The notes beneath the pieces are model-generated. The model saw only the letters and a program-made list of their open reading frames with translations, was not told the DNA's origin and did not search any database. DNA of 64,000 nt from Candidatus Latescibacterota bacterium (GTDB lineage Bacteria; Latescibacterota; UBA2968; UBA8231). The stretch spans positions 2,336,001 to 2,400,000 of the forward strand of contig CBDCSU010000006.1 in NCBI GenBank assembly GCA_965221775.1, given 5' to 3'. The position numbers and the translations under genes were made by a program. Below, piece after piece: positions 18,036 through 28,075 of this stretch (position 1 is the first letter of the stretch; every line of letters begins with the position of its first letter).

Positions 18036-19172
18036 ATGTCCAATCCGATTTCCGATCTTGGCCGGCAGGGCCAGAGCGTCTGGTACGACAGCCTCCGCCG
18101 GGGTCTCATCACCAGCGGCGGGCTGGAGCGGCTGATCGCCGAGGACGGCCTGCGGGGGATGACCTCCAACCCCGCCATCTTCGAGAAGGCCATCGCCGGG
18201 TCGGACGACTACCGGGGGGTGCTGCGCCGTCACGCCGCCGCCGGTCTCTCGCCCCTGCAGATCTACGAGGCGATCGCCGTCGAGGACATCCAGTGGGCGG
18301 CCGACGCGCTGCTGCCGGTGTACGAGGAGTCGGAGGGCCGCGACGGCTTCGTCTCCCTCGAGGTCTCGCCGCACCTGGCCCACGACATGGGGGGAACCGT
18401 CGACGAAGCCCTGCGCCTGGCCGGAGAGGTGGGGCGGCGCAACCTCATGATCAAGGTGCCGGGAACACGGGCGGGCGTGCCCGCCATCGAGCGGCTGATC
18501 GGGGAGGGGGTCAATGTCAACGTCACCCTGCTCTTCGCGCGGGACTGCTACGCCGCCGCCGCCGAGGCCTGGCTCAAGGGCCTGGAGAGCCTGCTCGAGA
18601 GGGGCGGTGACGTAGCCGCCGTCTCCAGCGTGGCCAGCTTCTTCGTGAGCCGCATCGACACCCTCATCGACACGCGGATCGACGAGCGCCTGGCCGAGGA
18701 GGGCGACGCCGTGCGCCGCGTCGCCCTCGGCGCCCTGAAGGGCCGCGCCGCCATCGCCAACGCCAGGCTCGCCTATCAACACTACCGCGGCCTCGTCGCC
18801 GGAAAGCGCTGGTCCCGCCTCGCAGCCGCCGGCGCCAACCCTCAGCGCCTGCTGTGGGCGAGCACGAGCGTCAAGAACCCGGCCTACCGCGACGTGCTCT
18901 ACGTGGAGGAGCTGATCGGCCCGGACACGGTGAACACCCTGCCGGAGGCGACCTTCGACGCCTTCCGCGATCACGGGGTCGTGGAGGCCACCCTGGAGAA
19001 GGGCGTGGACGAGGCCCGCGAGGTGATGGCAGCCCTCGAGGGGCTCGGCATCTCGATGCAACGTGCTACCGACCAGTTGTTGGAGGACGGCGTGCGCCTC
19101 TTCGTGGAGCCCTTTGACCAGTTGCTGGCTGCCATCGAGACCCAGTGCGAGGCCCTGCCTCGCCGCGCGTGA
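18036..19172 (+). CDS. tal: Transaldolase
   Basis: GQSVWYD, GMTSNPAIF, VSLEVSP, MIKVPGT, NVNVTLLF, SVASFFVSRID, QRLLWASTSVKNP. Confidence 0.95.
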   Translation: MSNPISDLGRQGQSVWYDSLRRGLITSGGLERLIAEDGLRGMTSNPAIFEKAIAGSDDYRGVLRRHAAAGLSPLQIYEAIAVEDIQWAADALLPVYEESEGRDGFVSLEVSPHLAHDMGGTVDEALRLAGEVGRRNLMIKVPGTRAGVPAIERLIGEGVNVNVTLLFARDCYAAAAEAWLKGLESLLERGGDVAAVSSVASFFVSRIDTLIDTRIDERLAEEGDAVRRVALGALKGRAAIANARLAYQHYRGLVAGKRWSRLAAAGANPQRLLWASTSVKNPAYRDVLYVEELIGPDTVNTLPEATFDAFRDHGVVEATLEKGVDEAREVMAALEGLGISMQRATDQLLEDGVRLFVEPFDQLLAAIETQCEALPRRA

Positions 19173-19849
19173 ACCCCCGCCACGTGAGATTCGACCGCGT
19201 ACCCCCCGCGGTCCTGGCGGTGGCCCTGATATCCGTCCAGTGCGCCGACCGTGGAGCCGGACCGCCCGCCCCGCCTGGTGCGGATGTGGAGGAGTGCTTC
19301 GCCTGCACCCCCGAGGCCGCCATGGACCATCTCCAACACGCTTTCGGGGAGCGCGACCCGGACCTCTACGAGAGGCTGCTGGACGACGGTTTCCTGTTCA
19401 CCGAGGCGAACTGTCTGGGCGAGGTCCGGTATCACAATGGCAAGCAGGTGGAGCTGGAGGTCATGGGCGGGCGCGACTCGCCGCGGGGGATCTTCGACGT
19501 CTTTCGCACCATCGAGTTCGGATTCTGGGCAGACGACAGGCGTGAGGAGCCGGGGGCTGACTCGCCCCCGGCCTTCGAGGGAGATCCGGACGGCCATCCG
19601 GAGGAGGACTGGCTCGTCTTTCGAGGGCGGGTGGAGTTGCTGCTGCTGACAAAGCCGGACGAAGGGCTCTTCGTCGATCAGGTGATGACCTTCAAGCTGC
19701 GCCAGGAAGAGGACGGCATGTGGCGCATCCGGCGATGGGCCGGCGACCCCCTGGTGAGAGAGTGCTCGGAGAGCGGTGAAGAGCCGACGGTGGCGACGGA
19801 GTCCTGGGGCCGTATCAAGGCCTCCTTCACGGAGGCGACCCGTGGCTGA
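19169..19849 (+). CDS. Putative lipoprotein (NTF2-like) with C-terminal SWGRIK motif
   Basis: GTGA overlap with tal; hydrophobic stretch to SVQC; YERLLDDGFLF; ends PTVATESWGRIKASFTEATRG. Confidence 0.7.
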   Translation: MNPRHVRFDRVPPAVLAVALISVQCADRGAGPPAPPGADVEECFACTPEAAMDHLQHAFGERDPDLYERLLDDGFLFTEANCLGEVRYHNGKQVELEVMGGRDSPRGIFDVFRTIEFGFWADDRREEPGADSPPAFEGDPDGHPEEDWLVFRGRVELLLLTKPDEGLFVDQVMTFKLRQEEDGMWRIRRWAGDPLVRECSESGEEPTVATESWGRIKASFTEATRG

Positions 19850-20951
19850 GCGCGGACGGGCGGCGGTGCTCGTCGACGACTACCGCTTCGAGATCCGGGA
19901 GCTGCCGGCGCCCGAGGTCGAGCCCGGAGGCATCCTGGTGAGCGTTACCGGATGCGGCGTGTGCGGTTCCGACCTGCACCTGTGGCGCGGGGACATACGC
20001 ATGCACGGCTGCGTCCACGGCCACGAGCTGGTGGGGCGCGTCCACTCCCTGGGCTCGCGGGTCTCCACCGATCACCTGGAGCGGCCCCTGAAGGAGGGAG
20101 ACCGGGTGATCTTCAGCTACTTCACCCCCTGCCACCGCTGCTACCACTGCATCCGCGGCGAGTTCACCGACTGCCTCCACAACTTCGAGATCGTCCGTCC
20201 GGTGGAGGAGTGGCCCTACTGCCACGGCGGCTTCGCCGACTTCTGGTACGTCAGGCCGGGGAGCTTCGTCTTCCGCGTCGACTCGGACCTGCCGGACGAC
20301 GCCCTGACCTCCGTCAACTGCGCCGCCGCCACGGTGATGGAGGGGATCGAGCGCTCCAACCCACGGGCCGGGGACGCCGTCGTCTTCCAGGGGGCCGGAG
20401 GGCTCGGCCTCTACGGCATCGCCTATGCCCGCGAGCGCGGCGCCGGTCCCATCATCGCCATCGACGGGCAGCCACCGCGTCTGGAGCTGGCCCGCCGGTG
20501 CGGCGCCGACTACACCATCGACATCAACGAGATCACCGACCCGCAGGACCGCATCGCCCAAGTGAAGGAGTGGGCCGGCGGCGGCCGCTCGGGGGCCGAC
20601 ACCGTGGTCGAGGTGGTGGGCTTCCCCGGCGTCGTGCCCGAGGGTTTGGAGATGCTGCGGCCGGGGGGCCGCTACATCGAGATCGGCAACATCTCCAGGC
20701 GCTCGATGGTGGAGATCGACATCAACCGGGTGCTCCACGGCATCAAGTACATCGTCCCGGTCTCCTTCTACAGCCCGCGCCTGCTGCCGGCGGCACTGGA
20801 GATGCTGGAGCGCGCCCGCGGCCGGTATCCGCTGGCCGATCTCATGTCCCACAGCTTCGGTCTGGAGGAGATCAACACCGCCTTCGAGAGGGCGGAGTGG
20901 TTCGGGCGGGACCGGGCGACGGCGGTGACCCGGGCGGTGGTGAAGCCGTGA
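19842..20951 (+). CDS. Zinc-binding alcohol dehydrogenase
   Basis: CGVCGSDLH, GHE, CHRCYHC...C structural Zn site, GAGGLG. Confidence 0.92.
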   Translation: MAERGRAAVLVDDYRFEIRELPAPEVEPGGILVSVTGCGVCGSDLHLWRGDIRMHGCVHGHELVGRVHSLGSRVSTDHLERPLKEGDRVIFSYFTPCHRCYHCIRGEFTDCLHNFEIVRPVEEWPYCHGGFADFWYVRPGSFVFRVDSDLPDDALTSVNCAAATVMEGIERSNPRAGDAVVFQGAGGLGLYGIAYARERGAGPIIAIDGQPPRLELARRCGADYTIDINEITDPQDRIAQVKEWAGGGRSGADTVVEVVGFPGVVPEGLEMLRPGGRYIEIGNISRRSMVEIDINRVLHGIKYIVPVSFYSPRLLPAALEMLERARGRYPLADLMSHSFGLEEINTAFERAEWFGRDRATAVTRAVVKP

Positions 20952-20963
20952 GGGCGGCAGGCT

Positions 20964-22061
20964 CTACACGAAACGGAACAACCGCACGTCCAGCACCCGC
21001 GAGGAGCCCCCGGGCTCGTTCCACTGCACCAGGATGGGGCTCTGGTAGGTGCCCCAGCCGATCTCGCCGGCGCCGGTGGACTTGCGGTCGAGGACCGGCA
21101 GGCTGATCCCCCGCTTCATCCGCAGGAAATGGGAGACCGGGACCGCCAGCGCCCGGTTGACCACTCTCTCCACCATCGAGTGACGCATGCCGGCGCGGTC
21201 GAGGAGCGTGTTGAAAATCTGCACCGCGTCGTACTGGGCGTAGTTGAGGGCCTTGGCGGGTATGCTCCGGGGAACCTGGAGGGCGCCCCGGCCCATGCGC
21301 GCCATGTAGCGGAAGGGGTTGGCGAGGACCTCCCGCAAGTCGTGGGTCATGAGCAGCGTCTCGTACTCGTTCACCGTGAGGCCGGCGTCGCGGTCGCCGG
21401 CGGGCAGGGAGATGTCGAAGCGGCCGAAAGAGACCTTGTGGTCGCGCGCCAGACTCTCCAGCTGGCCGATGAAGCCGAGAGCGGGGTCGCGCAGGTTCTG
21501 GGCGTCGATGGCGTGGGGCGAGGCCGCCACCGGCACCTGCATGCGGGCCACCTCCTCCTCGCCCTTGTAGGCGATGACCGTGGTACGTCGCTGCCGGGTG
21601 CCGCCAACGTGGACTCCGTCCAGTTCCACGAACCACACGGGCTCGTCGCCCTTGAGTTCGTAGGAGGTGGAGGTGTGGAGCCCTCCTCCCATGAAGGTCA
21701 GATGGGAGTCGGCGTTGCGGGGCTCGGTGGCGCGCTCCTTGTCGGAGAGCTCGGTGCGGCGGTGCAGCTCGTCGTGGACGTAGCCTGCGTCTGGGGGGAA
21801 GAGCTTCTGGAAGAGCCTGAGGTAGTCCTGGATGGTGGCGCCGTCGTGGTCGAAGACCTCGGCCAGGCGCTGGTCCAGGTAGCCGGCCGTGGTGTGATCG
21901 GAGATGTACAGGGCCCGGGGGAAACGGGTGAACTCGGAGCCGAACTCCTCGCGGAGCTTGCCCCTCACGTCGATCAGGTCGACGCGGGAGGCGGGCTCGA
22001 TGCGGAGAGTGGCCCGGAAGGGGGCTTCACCGGCCCGGGTGTGCCGGTTCACCAGAATCAT
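20964..22061 (-). CDS. Protein with two YjbQ/UPF0047-like domains
   Basis: Half 1: HTTAGYLD, NADSHL, VELDG...RQRR. Half 2: AGLTVNE, WGTYQSPILVQWNEPG..RVLDV. Confidence 0.65.
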   Translation of the reverse strand: MILVNRHTRAGEAPFRATLRIEPASRVDLIDVRGKLREEFGSEFTRFPRALYISDHTTAGYLDQRLAEVFDHDGATIQDYLRLFQKLFPPDAGYVHDELHRRTELSDKERATEPRNADSHLTFMGGGLHTSTSYELKGDEPVWFVELDGVHVGGTRQRRTTVIAYKGEEEVARMQVPVAASPHAIDAQNLRDPALGFIGQLESLARDHKVSFGRFDISLPAGDRDAGLTVNEYETLLMTHDLREVLANPFRYMARMGRGALQVPRSIPAKALNYAQYDAVQIFNTLLDRAGMRHSMVERVVNRALAVPVSHFLRMKRGISLPVLDRKSTGAGEIGWGTYQSPILVQWNEPGGSSRVLDVRLFRFV

Positions 22062-22130
22062 GGGCGGCTCGTCGGTCGTGCGCCGGGGAGCGTGCGGGGA
22101 CGGATGCCGGTCCCCTTCGACTGACAGGCC

Positions 22131-22158
22131 AATGTAGACCCCGGGTCGGCGGTGTCAA
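22131..22158 (-). promoter_or_regulatory. Putative sigma70 promoter
   Basis: TTGACA-16 nt-TACATT on the minus strand upstream of 22061. Confidence 0.5.
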
Positions 22159-22337
22159 TCCGGGTTCGGCGTCGGCTTGGGGGGGACCATGCGGGGGCGG
22201 CCAACCCTCACCGGACGTTTCCGGAAGAGCTCCGAGAAGCAGCCGAACATCGGCTGCCGGGGGTTTGTGTACAGGCGCCTGACGCAGTCGGCAGGGGGGG
22301 CGGGGGCTCGGGTTCGATCTGCAGGGGAGGGCAGGTG

Positions 22338-23111
22338 TCAGATCGGCGCCAGCCAGCCCCCGTCCACGGGCAGGGCCGTGCCGGTGATCCACTCGGCGTC
22401 GTCGGAGGCGAAGAACACGCAGGCCCGGCCGATGTCGCGGGGCCGGCCGAAGCGGGGCAGCGGGGTGGCCTGGCGGCTGGCCTCGATCTGCTCCGGCGTC
22501 AGGTAGTCCTGGATCGCCGTCTCGATGTACCCGGGGCAGACGGCGTTGGCCGTGATGCCGCGGCCGGCGAGCTCCACGGCGGTGTCCCTGGTGAGGTTGA
22601 CGATCCCCGCCTTGGCCGGCGCGTAGGCGGGACCGCCGCCGCCGGCGAAGGAATTGACCGACCCGATGTTGATGACGCGGCCGGCGGGCGACCGCTCCAG
22701 GTGGGCCACGGCGTACTTCGTCAGCAGGAAGGGGCCCCGGAGGTTGACGGCCACCACCCGGTCCCACTGGGCGGCGCCGAGCCCCTGGGTGTCGCCGGGG
22801 ATGTGAATGCCGGCGTTGTTGACGATGATGTCGAGGCTGCCGAAGGTGCTCACCGCCTCGTCCACGAGGTTCCGCACCGCGCCTTCGTCGGCCATGTCCG
22901 TCTGGACGAAATGTGACCTCCCGCCGATCTTTGCGAGTTCCTCCGTCGTGGGGGTCGTGGTGTCCTGCTCGTGGTACCGCCCCTTCTTCGGGGCTTCGCG
23001 GAGGTCGGACACCACCACGCGCGCTCCTTCGCGGGCGAACTCCAGGCAAATCCCCCGGCCGATGCCGGAGCTGCCTCCGGTAACGATGGCGACGCGATCC
23101 TCCAGTTTCAT
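22338..23111 (-). CDS. SDR family oxidoreductase
   Basis: TGGSSGIG, NNAG, YAPAK, NAVCPG, ITGTALPVDGG. Confidence 0.93.
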   Translation of the reverse strand: MKLEDRVAIVTGGSSGIGRGICLEFAREGARVVVSDLREAPKKGRYHEQDTTTPTTEELAKIGGRSHFVQTDMADEGAVRNLVDEAVSTFGSLDIIVNNAGIHIPGDTQGLGAAQWDRVVAVNLRGPFLLTKYAVAHLERSPAGRVINIGSVNSFAGGGGPAYAPAKAGIVNLTRDTAVELAGRGITANAVCPGYIETAIQDYLTPEQIEASRQATPLPRFGRPRDIGRACVFFASDDAEWITGTALPVDGGWLAPI

Positions 23112-23184
23112 GCGTATCCCCTTTCCGGCTGCCGGCGGCGGCGAATTAACCCCCGCGTCCGACGAGCGTCAATCGGAGCGGTGG

Positions 23185-23802
23185 GTGCTCCTCGTCCTTC
23201 TGGGGCTGGTCCTCGCCGGCGCCGGCGGGGGCGGCGCGGCCCCGGGTGGCGGAGAGGCCCTCATCGAGGAGATCGAGGCGACGCGAGCCCGGAAGGACAG
23301 CCTTCTCCGCCACGGTCCAGAATCGCCGCTGCGGCCGGAGGACGCGGCCTCCTTCCTCGGCCTGCGCTACTTCCCGGTGGACCCGGCATGGCGCATCCCG
23401 GGGGAGTTCCACCGCTACGGGCGAGTACGGCGCCTGCCGATGCCCGACAGCGCCGGGGCCACCACCGTGGTACAGCGCATCGGGCGCTTCCTCTTCGAGC
23501 ACGGAGGACGGTCGTACCGGCTGGAGGTCTACGGCAGCGATCAGGACCCCGGCCTCAGCGTGTTCTTCACCGACGAGACCAACGGCGTGCAGACCTACGG
23601 GGCGGGCCGCTACGTGCCGGTCGCCGCGGACGAGGCCGGCACCTGGGTGCTGGACTTCAACCGCGCCTACAACCCGTTCTGCGCCTACAATCCCGAGTAC
23701 ATCTGCCCCCTGCCGCCGGAGCACAACCGGCTGCCCTTCGCCGTCCGCGCCGGCGAGCGGAATCCTGGTCCCGATCTTGCTAATCCCCATCTTGCTAAGT
23801 GA
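23185..23802 (+). CDS. DUF1684 family protein
   Basis: SPL...F.GLRYFPVDPAW, FTDETNG..TYGAGRY, LDFNRAYNPFCAYN..Y.CPLPP..NRL...VRAGE. Confidence 0.88.
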   Translation: MLLVLLGLVLAGAGGGGAAPGGGEALIEEIEATRARKDSLLRHGPESPLRPEDAASFLGLRYFPVDPAWRIPGEFHRYGRVRRLPMPDSAGATTVVQRIGRFLFEHGGRSYRLEVYGSDQDPGLSVFFTDETNGVQTYGAGRYVPVAADEAGTWVLDFNRAYNPFCAYNPEYICPLPPEHNRLPFAVRAGERNPGPDLANPHLAK

Positions 23803-23863
23803 TGCGGATGGCCCTAAGTTCAACAGTGGAAGCATCTTGTTGACTCACACAAGGGAGATTCGC

Positions 23864-24118
23864 ATGCCCGACGCGCAGCGCACGATGTTCAACCGCGAGG
23901 TCGACTTCAGCCTGGAAGGCACCGACAACTCCTACGCCGCCTGCCGCGCCCTCTCCCAACGGGCGCGCGAGATCAACAGCCGCTTCCGCCAGGTTCCCGA
24001 AGGTTCCGAGATCGACACGCCGAACCCGACCGTGGGCGCCCTCAACGACTACTCCGACGGCCGCATCGTCGTCAACGAGGAAGGCCCCGCGGAGCCGCCC
24101 TCCACCCCCGAGGGCTGA
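23864..24118 (+). CDS. rpoZ: RNA polymerase omega subunit (divergent)
   Basis: 84 aa; NSYAACRALSQRAREIN and NPTVGALNDYSDGRI match the omega pattern; GGGAG SD. Confidence 0.68.
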   Translation: MPDAQRTMFNREVDFSLEGTDNSYAACRALSQRAREINSRFRQVPEGSEIDTPNPTVGALNDYSDGRIVVNEEGPAEPPSTPEG

Positions 24119-24283
24119 AGGCCGGAGGGCTACCGAAGCCCTCCCATCTGCAGCGAGCGGGCCCCTCCCCCGGGCCCCGTCATCCCCTTTGCACCGGCGC
24201 CGCGACGGCCCCTCCGGGCCGCCGCGGAGAAGCAGCCGAGCCGCTGGCCGCGGTCCCTCCGCCGGCGGATGGCAAGGAGCGCG

Positions 24284-25573
24284 ATGGCCTCGTCCGATCC
24301 CGCCCCCCAGAGCGTGCTCCAGCTCCATGCGGACATGCCTCTCGAGGAGGCCTTCGCCGCTTCGTCCTCGCTCTTCGAGGACACGGCGCGCCGCTACGTG
24401 GAGGCCTACAGGCAGCTCGAGGAACGGTTCGAGTTCCTCAACATGCGCCTGGAGGAGACCAACCGGGAGCTGCGGGACAGCCTCGAGGAGAAGGATCGGG
24501 TCAGCAACTTTCTGAACAACATCCTCGAGAGCATGACCGGAGGCCTGCTCGTCCTCGGCCTGGACCGCCGCATCGCCCTCTTCAACCGCACCGCCGAGAC
24601 GATCACGGGCCGGTCGCAGGACGAGGTCCTGGGCCTCGCCTACGAGGAGGTCATGGGTCGCCCGGAAGAGAGGGAGGAGTCGGTCCTCCACACTCTCGAC
24701 AAGGGCGAGAGCCTGCAGAACCGGGAGAAGGACCTGCGCCTCCCCGATGGCCGCTCGATCCCTCTAGGCTTCAGCACCTCCGTGGTGCGCGACGGCAACG
24801 GCGACGTCCTGGGCGCCATCGAGGTCTTCACCGATCTGACCGAGGTCAAGCGCCTGGAGAGCCAGGTGCGCCGCATGCACACCCTGGCCGCCCTCGGGGA
24901 GATGGCCGCCACAGTGGCCCACGAGATCCGCAATCCCCTGGGCGGCATCGCCAGCTTCGCCAGCCTGCTGGAGCGCGACCTCGCGCCGGACGACCCCAAC
25001 CGGCGCCTGGTAGGCAAGATCACCGAGGGCGTGGCCCGGCTGAACCGCATCGTCAGCAGCCTGCTGAGCTATACCCGTCCCCTCAACCTGAACACGCAGC
25101 CTGTCGATCTGGCGGTCGCCGTGGAGGAGGCGGCGGCCTTCTTCGAGGTGGACGCCGAGGACCGCAGTCCCGGCGTGACCATCCGCCGCGACTTCCCGAG
25201 CCGTACCTGCATGGGCCAGGTCGACGTCGAGCGCTTCCGCCAGGTCGTCCTCAACCTCCTCCTCAACGCCGCCCAGGCCATGCCGGAAGGCGGCGCCATC
25301 GACCTGAAGATCGACGAGGTGCGCGGGCAGGACGGTGACTGGGCCCGGGTCTCCGTTCGCGACTCCGGCGCCGGCATCGCCGCCGACATCCTCGACAAGC
25401 TGTTCACCCCCTTCTTCACCACCAAGGAGGACGGCACCGGCCTGGGCCTGGTGACCTCCCGCAAGATCGTCGAAGCCCACGGCGGCCGCCTCACCGTGGA
25501 CAGCGTCCCCGGGGAAGGGGCGTGCTTCACCATCGCCCTGCCCAGGCAGGCGAATCCAGGGAAGGACTCATGA
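24284..25573 (+). CDS. PAS-domain sensor histidine kinase (FlgS/AtoS-like)
   Basis: Coiled coil, PAS, LGEMAATVAHEIRNPL, NLLLNA, DSGAGI, FFTTKEDGTGLGL. Confidence 0.92.
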   Translation: MASSDPAPQSVLQLHADMPLEEAFAASSSLFEDTARRYVEAYRQLEERFEFLNMRLEETNRELRDSLEEKDRVSNFLNNILESMTGGLLVLGLDRRIALFNRTAETITGRSQDEVLGLAYEEVMGRPEEREESVLHTLDKGESLQNREKDLRLPDGRSIPLGFSTSVVRDGNGDVLGAIEVFTDLTEVKRLESQVRRMHTLAALGEMAATVAHEIRNPLGGIASFASLLERDLAPDDPNRRLVGKITEGVARLNRIVSSLLSYTRPLNLNTQPVDLAVAVEEAAAFFEVDAEDRSPGVTIRRDFPSRTCMGQVDVERFRQVVLNLLLNAAQAMPEGGAIDLKIDEVRGQDGDWARVSVRDSGAGIAADILDKLFTPFFTTKEDGTGLGLVTSRKIVEAHGGRLTVDSVPGEGACFTIALPRQANPGKDS

Positions 25574-26964
25574 CGGCAAAGCGGATCCTCGTAGTCGACG
25601 ACGACTCGTACGTGCGCAGCGGCACCGAGGAGATCCTCCTGCGCCAGGGCTACGAAGTGGACACGGCGGGTTCCGCCGCCGCCGCCCTGCAGGCGCTGGA
25701 AGGCGCGGAGTACGATCTGATGCTGTCCGACATCAAGATGCCGGGCATGAGCGGCCTGGAGCTGCTCGAGAAGGTGGTGCCCCAATGGCCCGAGCTCACG
25801 GTGGTCCTCATGACCGCCTACGGCGCCATCGACGACGCCGTGCGGGCCATGCGCAACGGCGCCTACAACTACGTCCTCAAGGGGGACGGATCGGCGCCGG
25901 AGGAGATGGAGATCGTCGTCGAGCAGGCCCTCAAGGTGCAGGACACGGAGCGCGAGAACCGGCGCCTGCGGTCGGAGTTGAGCAGCCGCTACGGCTTTGG
26001 CAGCATGATCGGCAAGTCGCCGGCCATGGTGCAGGTCTTCGACCTGGTGCGCACCGTCGCCGACAGCCGCGCCACGGTCCTGGTCACGGGGGAGAGCGGC
26101 ACGGGCAAGGAGCTCGTGGCGCGGGCCCTGCACTACAACAGCCCCCGGACGGGCGGTCCCTTCATCCGCCTCAACTGCGCCGCCCTGCCGAGGGACCTGA
26201 TGGAGAGCGAGCTCTTCGGCCACGAGAAAGGGGCTTTTACCGGGGCCATCCGCCAGACCCGGGGACGCTTCGAGATGGCCCACGGGGGGACCCTGCTGCT
26301 GGACGAGATCAGCGAGATCGATCCGGCCCTGCAGGCGAAGCTGCTGCGCGTGCTCCAGGAGCGCGAGTTCGAGCGCGTCGGCAGCAGCCAGACGATCGAG
26401 GTCGACGTGCGTATCGTGGCCACCACCAACCGGGATCTGGCCAGGGAGGTGGAGGAGGGCAACTTCCGCGAGGACCTCTACTACCGCCTCAACGTGATCG
26501 AGATCGGACTGCCGCCGCTGCGGGATCGTCCGGAGGACGTGCCGGCCCTGGTGCTGTCCTTCATCGAGCGCTTCAACGAGGAGAACGGCAAGGGCATCCA
26601 GGGTCTGGAGGAAGAGGCCCTGGAGCTGCTCGGCCGCTACCCTTGGCCAGGCAACGTGCGCGAGCTGGAGAACTACGTGGAGCGCGCCGTGGTCGTCTCC
26701 CCCGGGCCTCGGCTCAAGGCGGCGGACTTCCCGCGCAAGCTGGTGGAGGGGCCCGACGGCTCTCCCGGGGAGCTGGCCTCGCAGGTGGGCCTGACCGTGC
26801 ACGAGATGGAACGGCGGCTGATCATGAGCACCCTTGAAGCCCTCGGCGGCAAGCGCACCGAGGCGGCGGCCCAGCTCGGCATCAGCACCCGCACCCTGCG
26901 CAACAAGCTGCACGAGTACGGCGCCATGGACGCCTTCAAGCGGGAAGCCGTCGCCGGGGGCTGA
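25570..26964 (+). CDS. Sigma54-dependent response regulator (NtrC/AtoC family)
   Basis: REC (VVDDD, SDIKMPG), GESGTGKE, ESELFGHEKGAFTGA, WPGNVREL, Fis-type HTH. Confidence 0.95.
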   Translation: MTAKRILVVDDDSYVRSGTEEILLRQGYEVDTAGSAAAALQALEGAEYDLMLSDIKMPGMSGLELLEKVVPQWPELTVVLMTAYGAIDDAVRAMRNGAYNYVLKGDGSAPEEMEIVVEQALKVQDTERENRRLRSELSSRYGFGSMIGKSPAMVQVFDLVRTVADSRATVLVTGESGTGKELVARALHYNSPRTGGPFIRLNCAALPRDLMESELFGHEKGAFTGAIRQTRGRFEMAHGGTLLLDEISEIDPALQAKLLRVLQEREFERVGSSQTIEVDVRIVATTNRDLAREVEEGNFREDLYYRLNVIEIGLPPLRDRPEDVPALVLSFIERFNEENGKGIQGLEEEALELLGRYPWPGNVRELENYVERAVVVSPGPRLKAADFPRKLVEGPDGSPGELASQVGLTVHEMERRLIMSTLEALGGKRTEAAAQLGISTRTLRNKLHEYGAMDAFKREAVAGG

Positions 26965-27976
26965 GCCTCCGGCCCCTGCCCTGTTCCAGCCCCAGGATGC
27001 GGTCCATCACACGGGCCGTGCGCAGGGCGCTGTCCCCGGTGCTGGGGCAGGCGCCCCGGCCGAGCAGGTCGTCGACGACGCTCTGGATGAGGGGCTGCTG
27101 CACGTGGGCGGGAGCGGCCACGGCGAACTCCTCCACCTCGGAACCGCGCTCCAGGCGCACCGGCCGCTCCAGGTCGAAGGCGGCGAAGCGCAGGCGGCCG
27201 CCGCCGCCGGTGATCTCGATCTCCTCGACGCGGCTCGACGCGTCGGCGACGAAGCACCAGGCGCCGCTGCCGGCGGCGCCCGACTCGTGCCGCCAGCAGG
27301 CGGTCACCGTGTCGCGGCAGGGGTAGAGGCCGCCCTGGCACAGGGCCACCCCCTCCGCCTCACGGATCGGACCCAGCAGGAAGTCGAGGAGGTCGAGCTG
27401 GTGGCAGCCGAGGTCGTGGAAGTGGCCGCCCTCGCCGGCGATGGCCGGATCGACACGCCAGGGCCGGCCGCGCCGGCTCGGGGCCCCTGCCGCGGGTTTG
27501 AACAGCCGGATGTTGACGGTGCGGACATCGCCCACGGCGCCCTCGTCGAGCAACTCGGCCACCTTCATGTGCACGGGCAGGCGGCGGCGGTAGTAGGCGA
27601 CGAAGAGGGGTACCCCGGCGCGGCGGCAGGCCTCCACCATCTCCTCGCACTCGGGGGCGGTGCGCGCCATCGGCTTTTCCACGTAGACGGGCTTGCCGGC
27701 GGCGGCGGCTCGCAGCGTGTACTCCGGGTGGGAGTCAGGCGGCGTGGCCACGTATACGGCGTCGACGTCCTCGTCCTCGATCAGGGCCCTGGCGTCGTCG
27801 TACCAGCGCGGCACCCCGTGGCGCCGGGCGTAGTCCCGGGCCTTGTCGCGGTCGCGCCGCATCACGGCGGCCAGCTCCGAGTCGCGGGCCTTCTGCAGGC
27901 CGGGGCCCGACTTCACCTCGGTGACGTCGCCGCAGCCGATGATGCCCCAGCGCACCGGGGCCGCGTGGATCTTCAT
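26936..27976 (-). CDS. Gfo/Idh/MocA family oxidoreductase
   Basis: WGIIGCGDVTEVKSGP, VYVATPP, YVEKPMA, VAYYRR, DLGCHQLD. Confidence 0.92.
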   Translation of the reverse strand: MKIHAAPVRWGIIGCGDVTEVKSGPGLQKARDSELAAVMRRDRDKARDYARRHGVPRWYDDARALIEDEDVDAVYVATPPDSHPEYTLRAAAAGKPVYVEKPMARTAPECEEMVEACRRAGVPLFVAYYRRRLPVHMKVAELLDEGAVGDVRTVNIRLFKPAAGAPSRRGRPWRVDPAIAGEGGHFHDLGCHQLDLLDFLLGPIREAEGVALCQGGLYPCRDTVTACWRHESGAAGSGAWCFVADASSRVEEIEITGGGGRLRFAAFDLERPVRLERGSEVEEFAVAAPAHVQQPLIQSVVDDLLGRGACPSTGDSALRTARVMDRILGLEQGRGRRLSPRRRLPA

Positions 27977-28017
27977 CGCATTCCTCCGGCGCCAAGGGTA
28001 GAGGGGGCCCGGGTCGA

Positions 28018-28047
28018 TTGACAAGGACGGAGCCCCTGGGGTAAGAT
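28018..28047 (+). promoter_or_regulatory. Putative sigma70 promoter of the nfeD-floA operon
   Basis: TTGACA-18 nt-TAAGAT shortly before 28076. Confidence 0.5.
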
Positions 28048-28075
28048 CTAGCGCTCTCACCCCCGGTCTAGAAGA

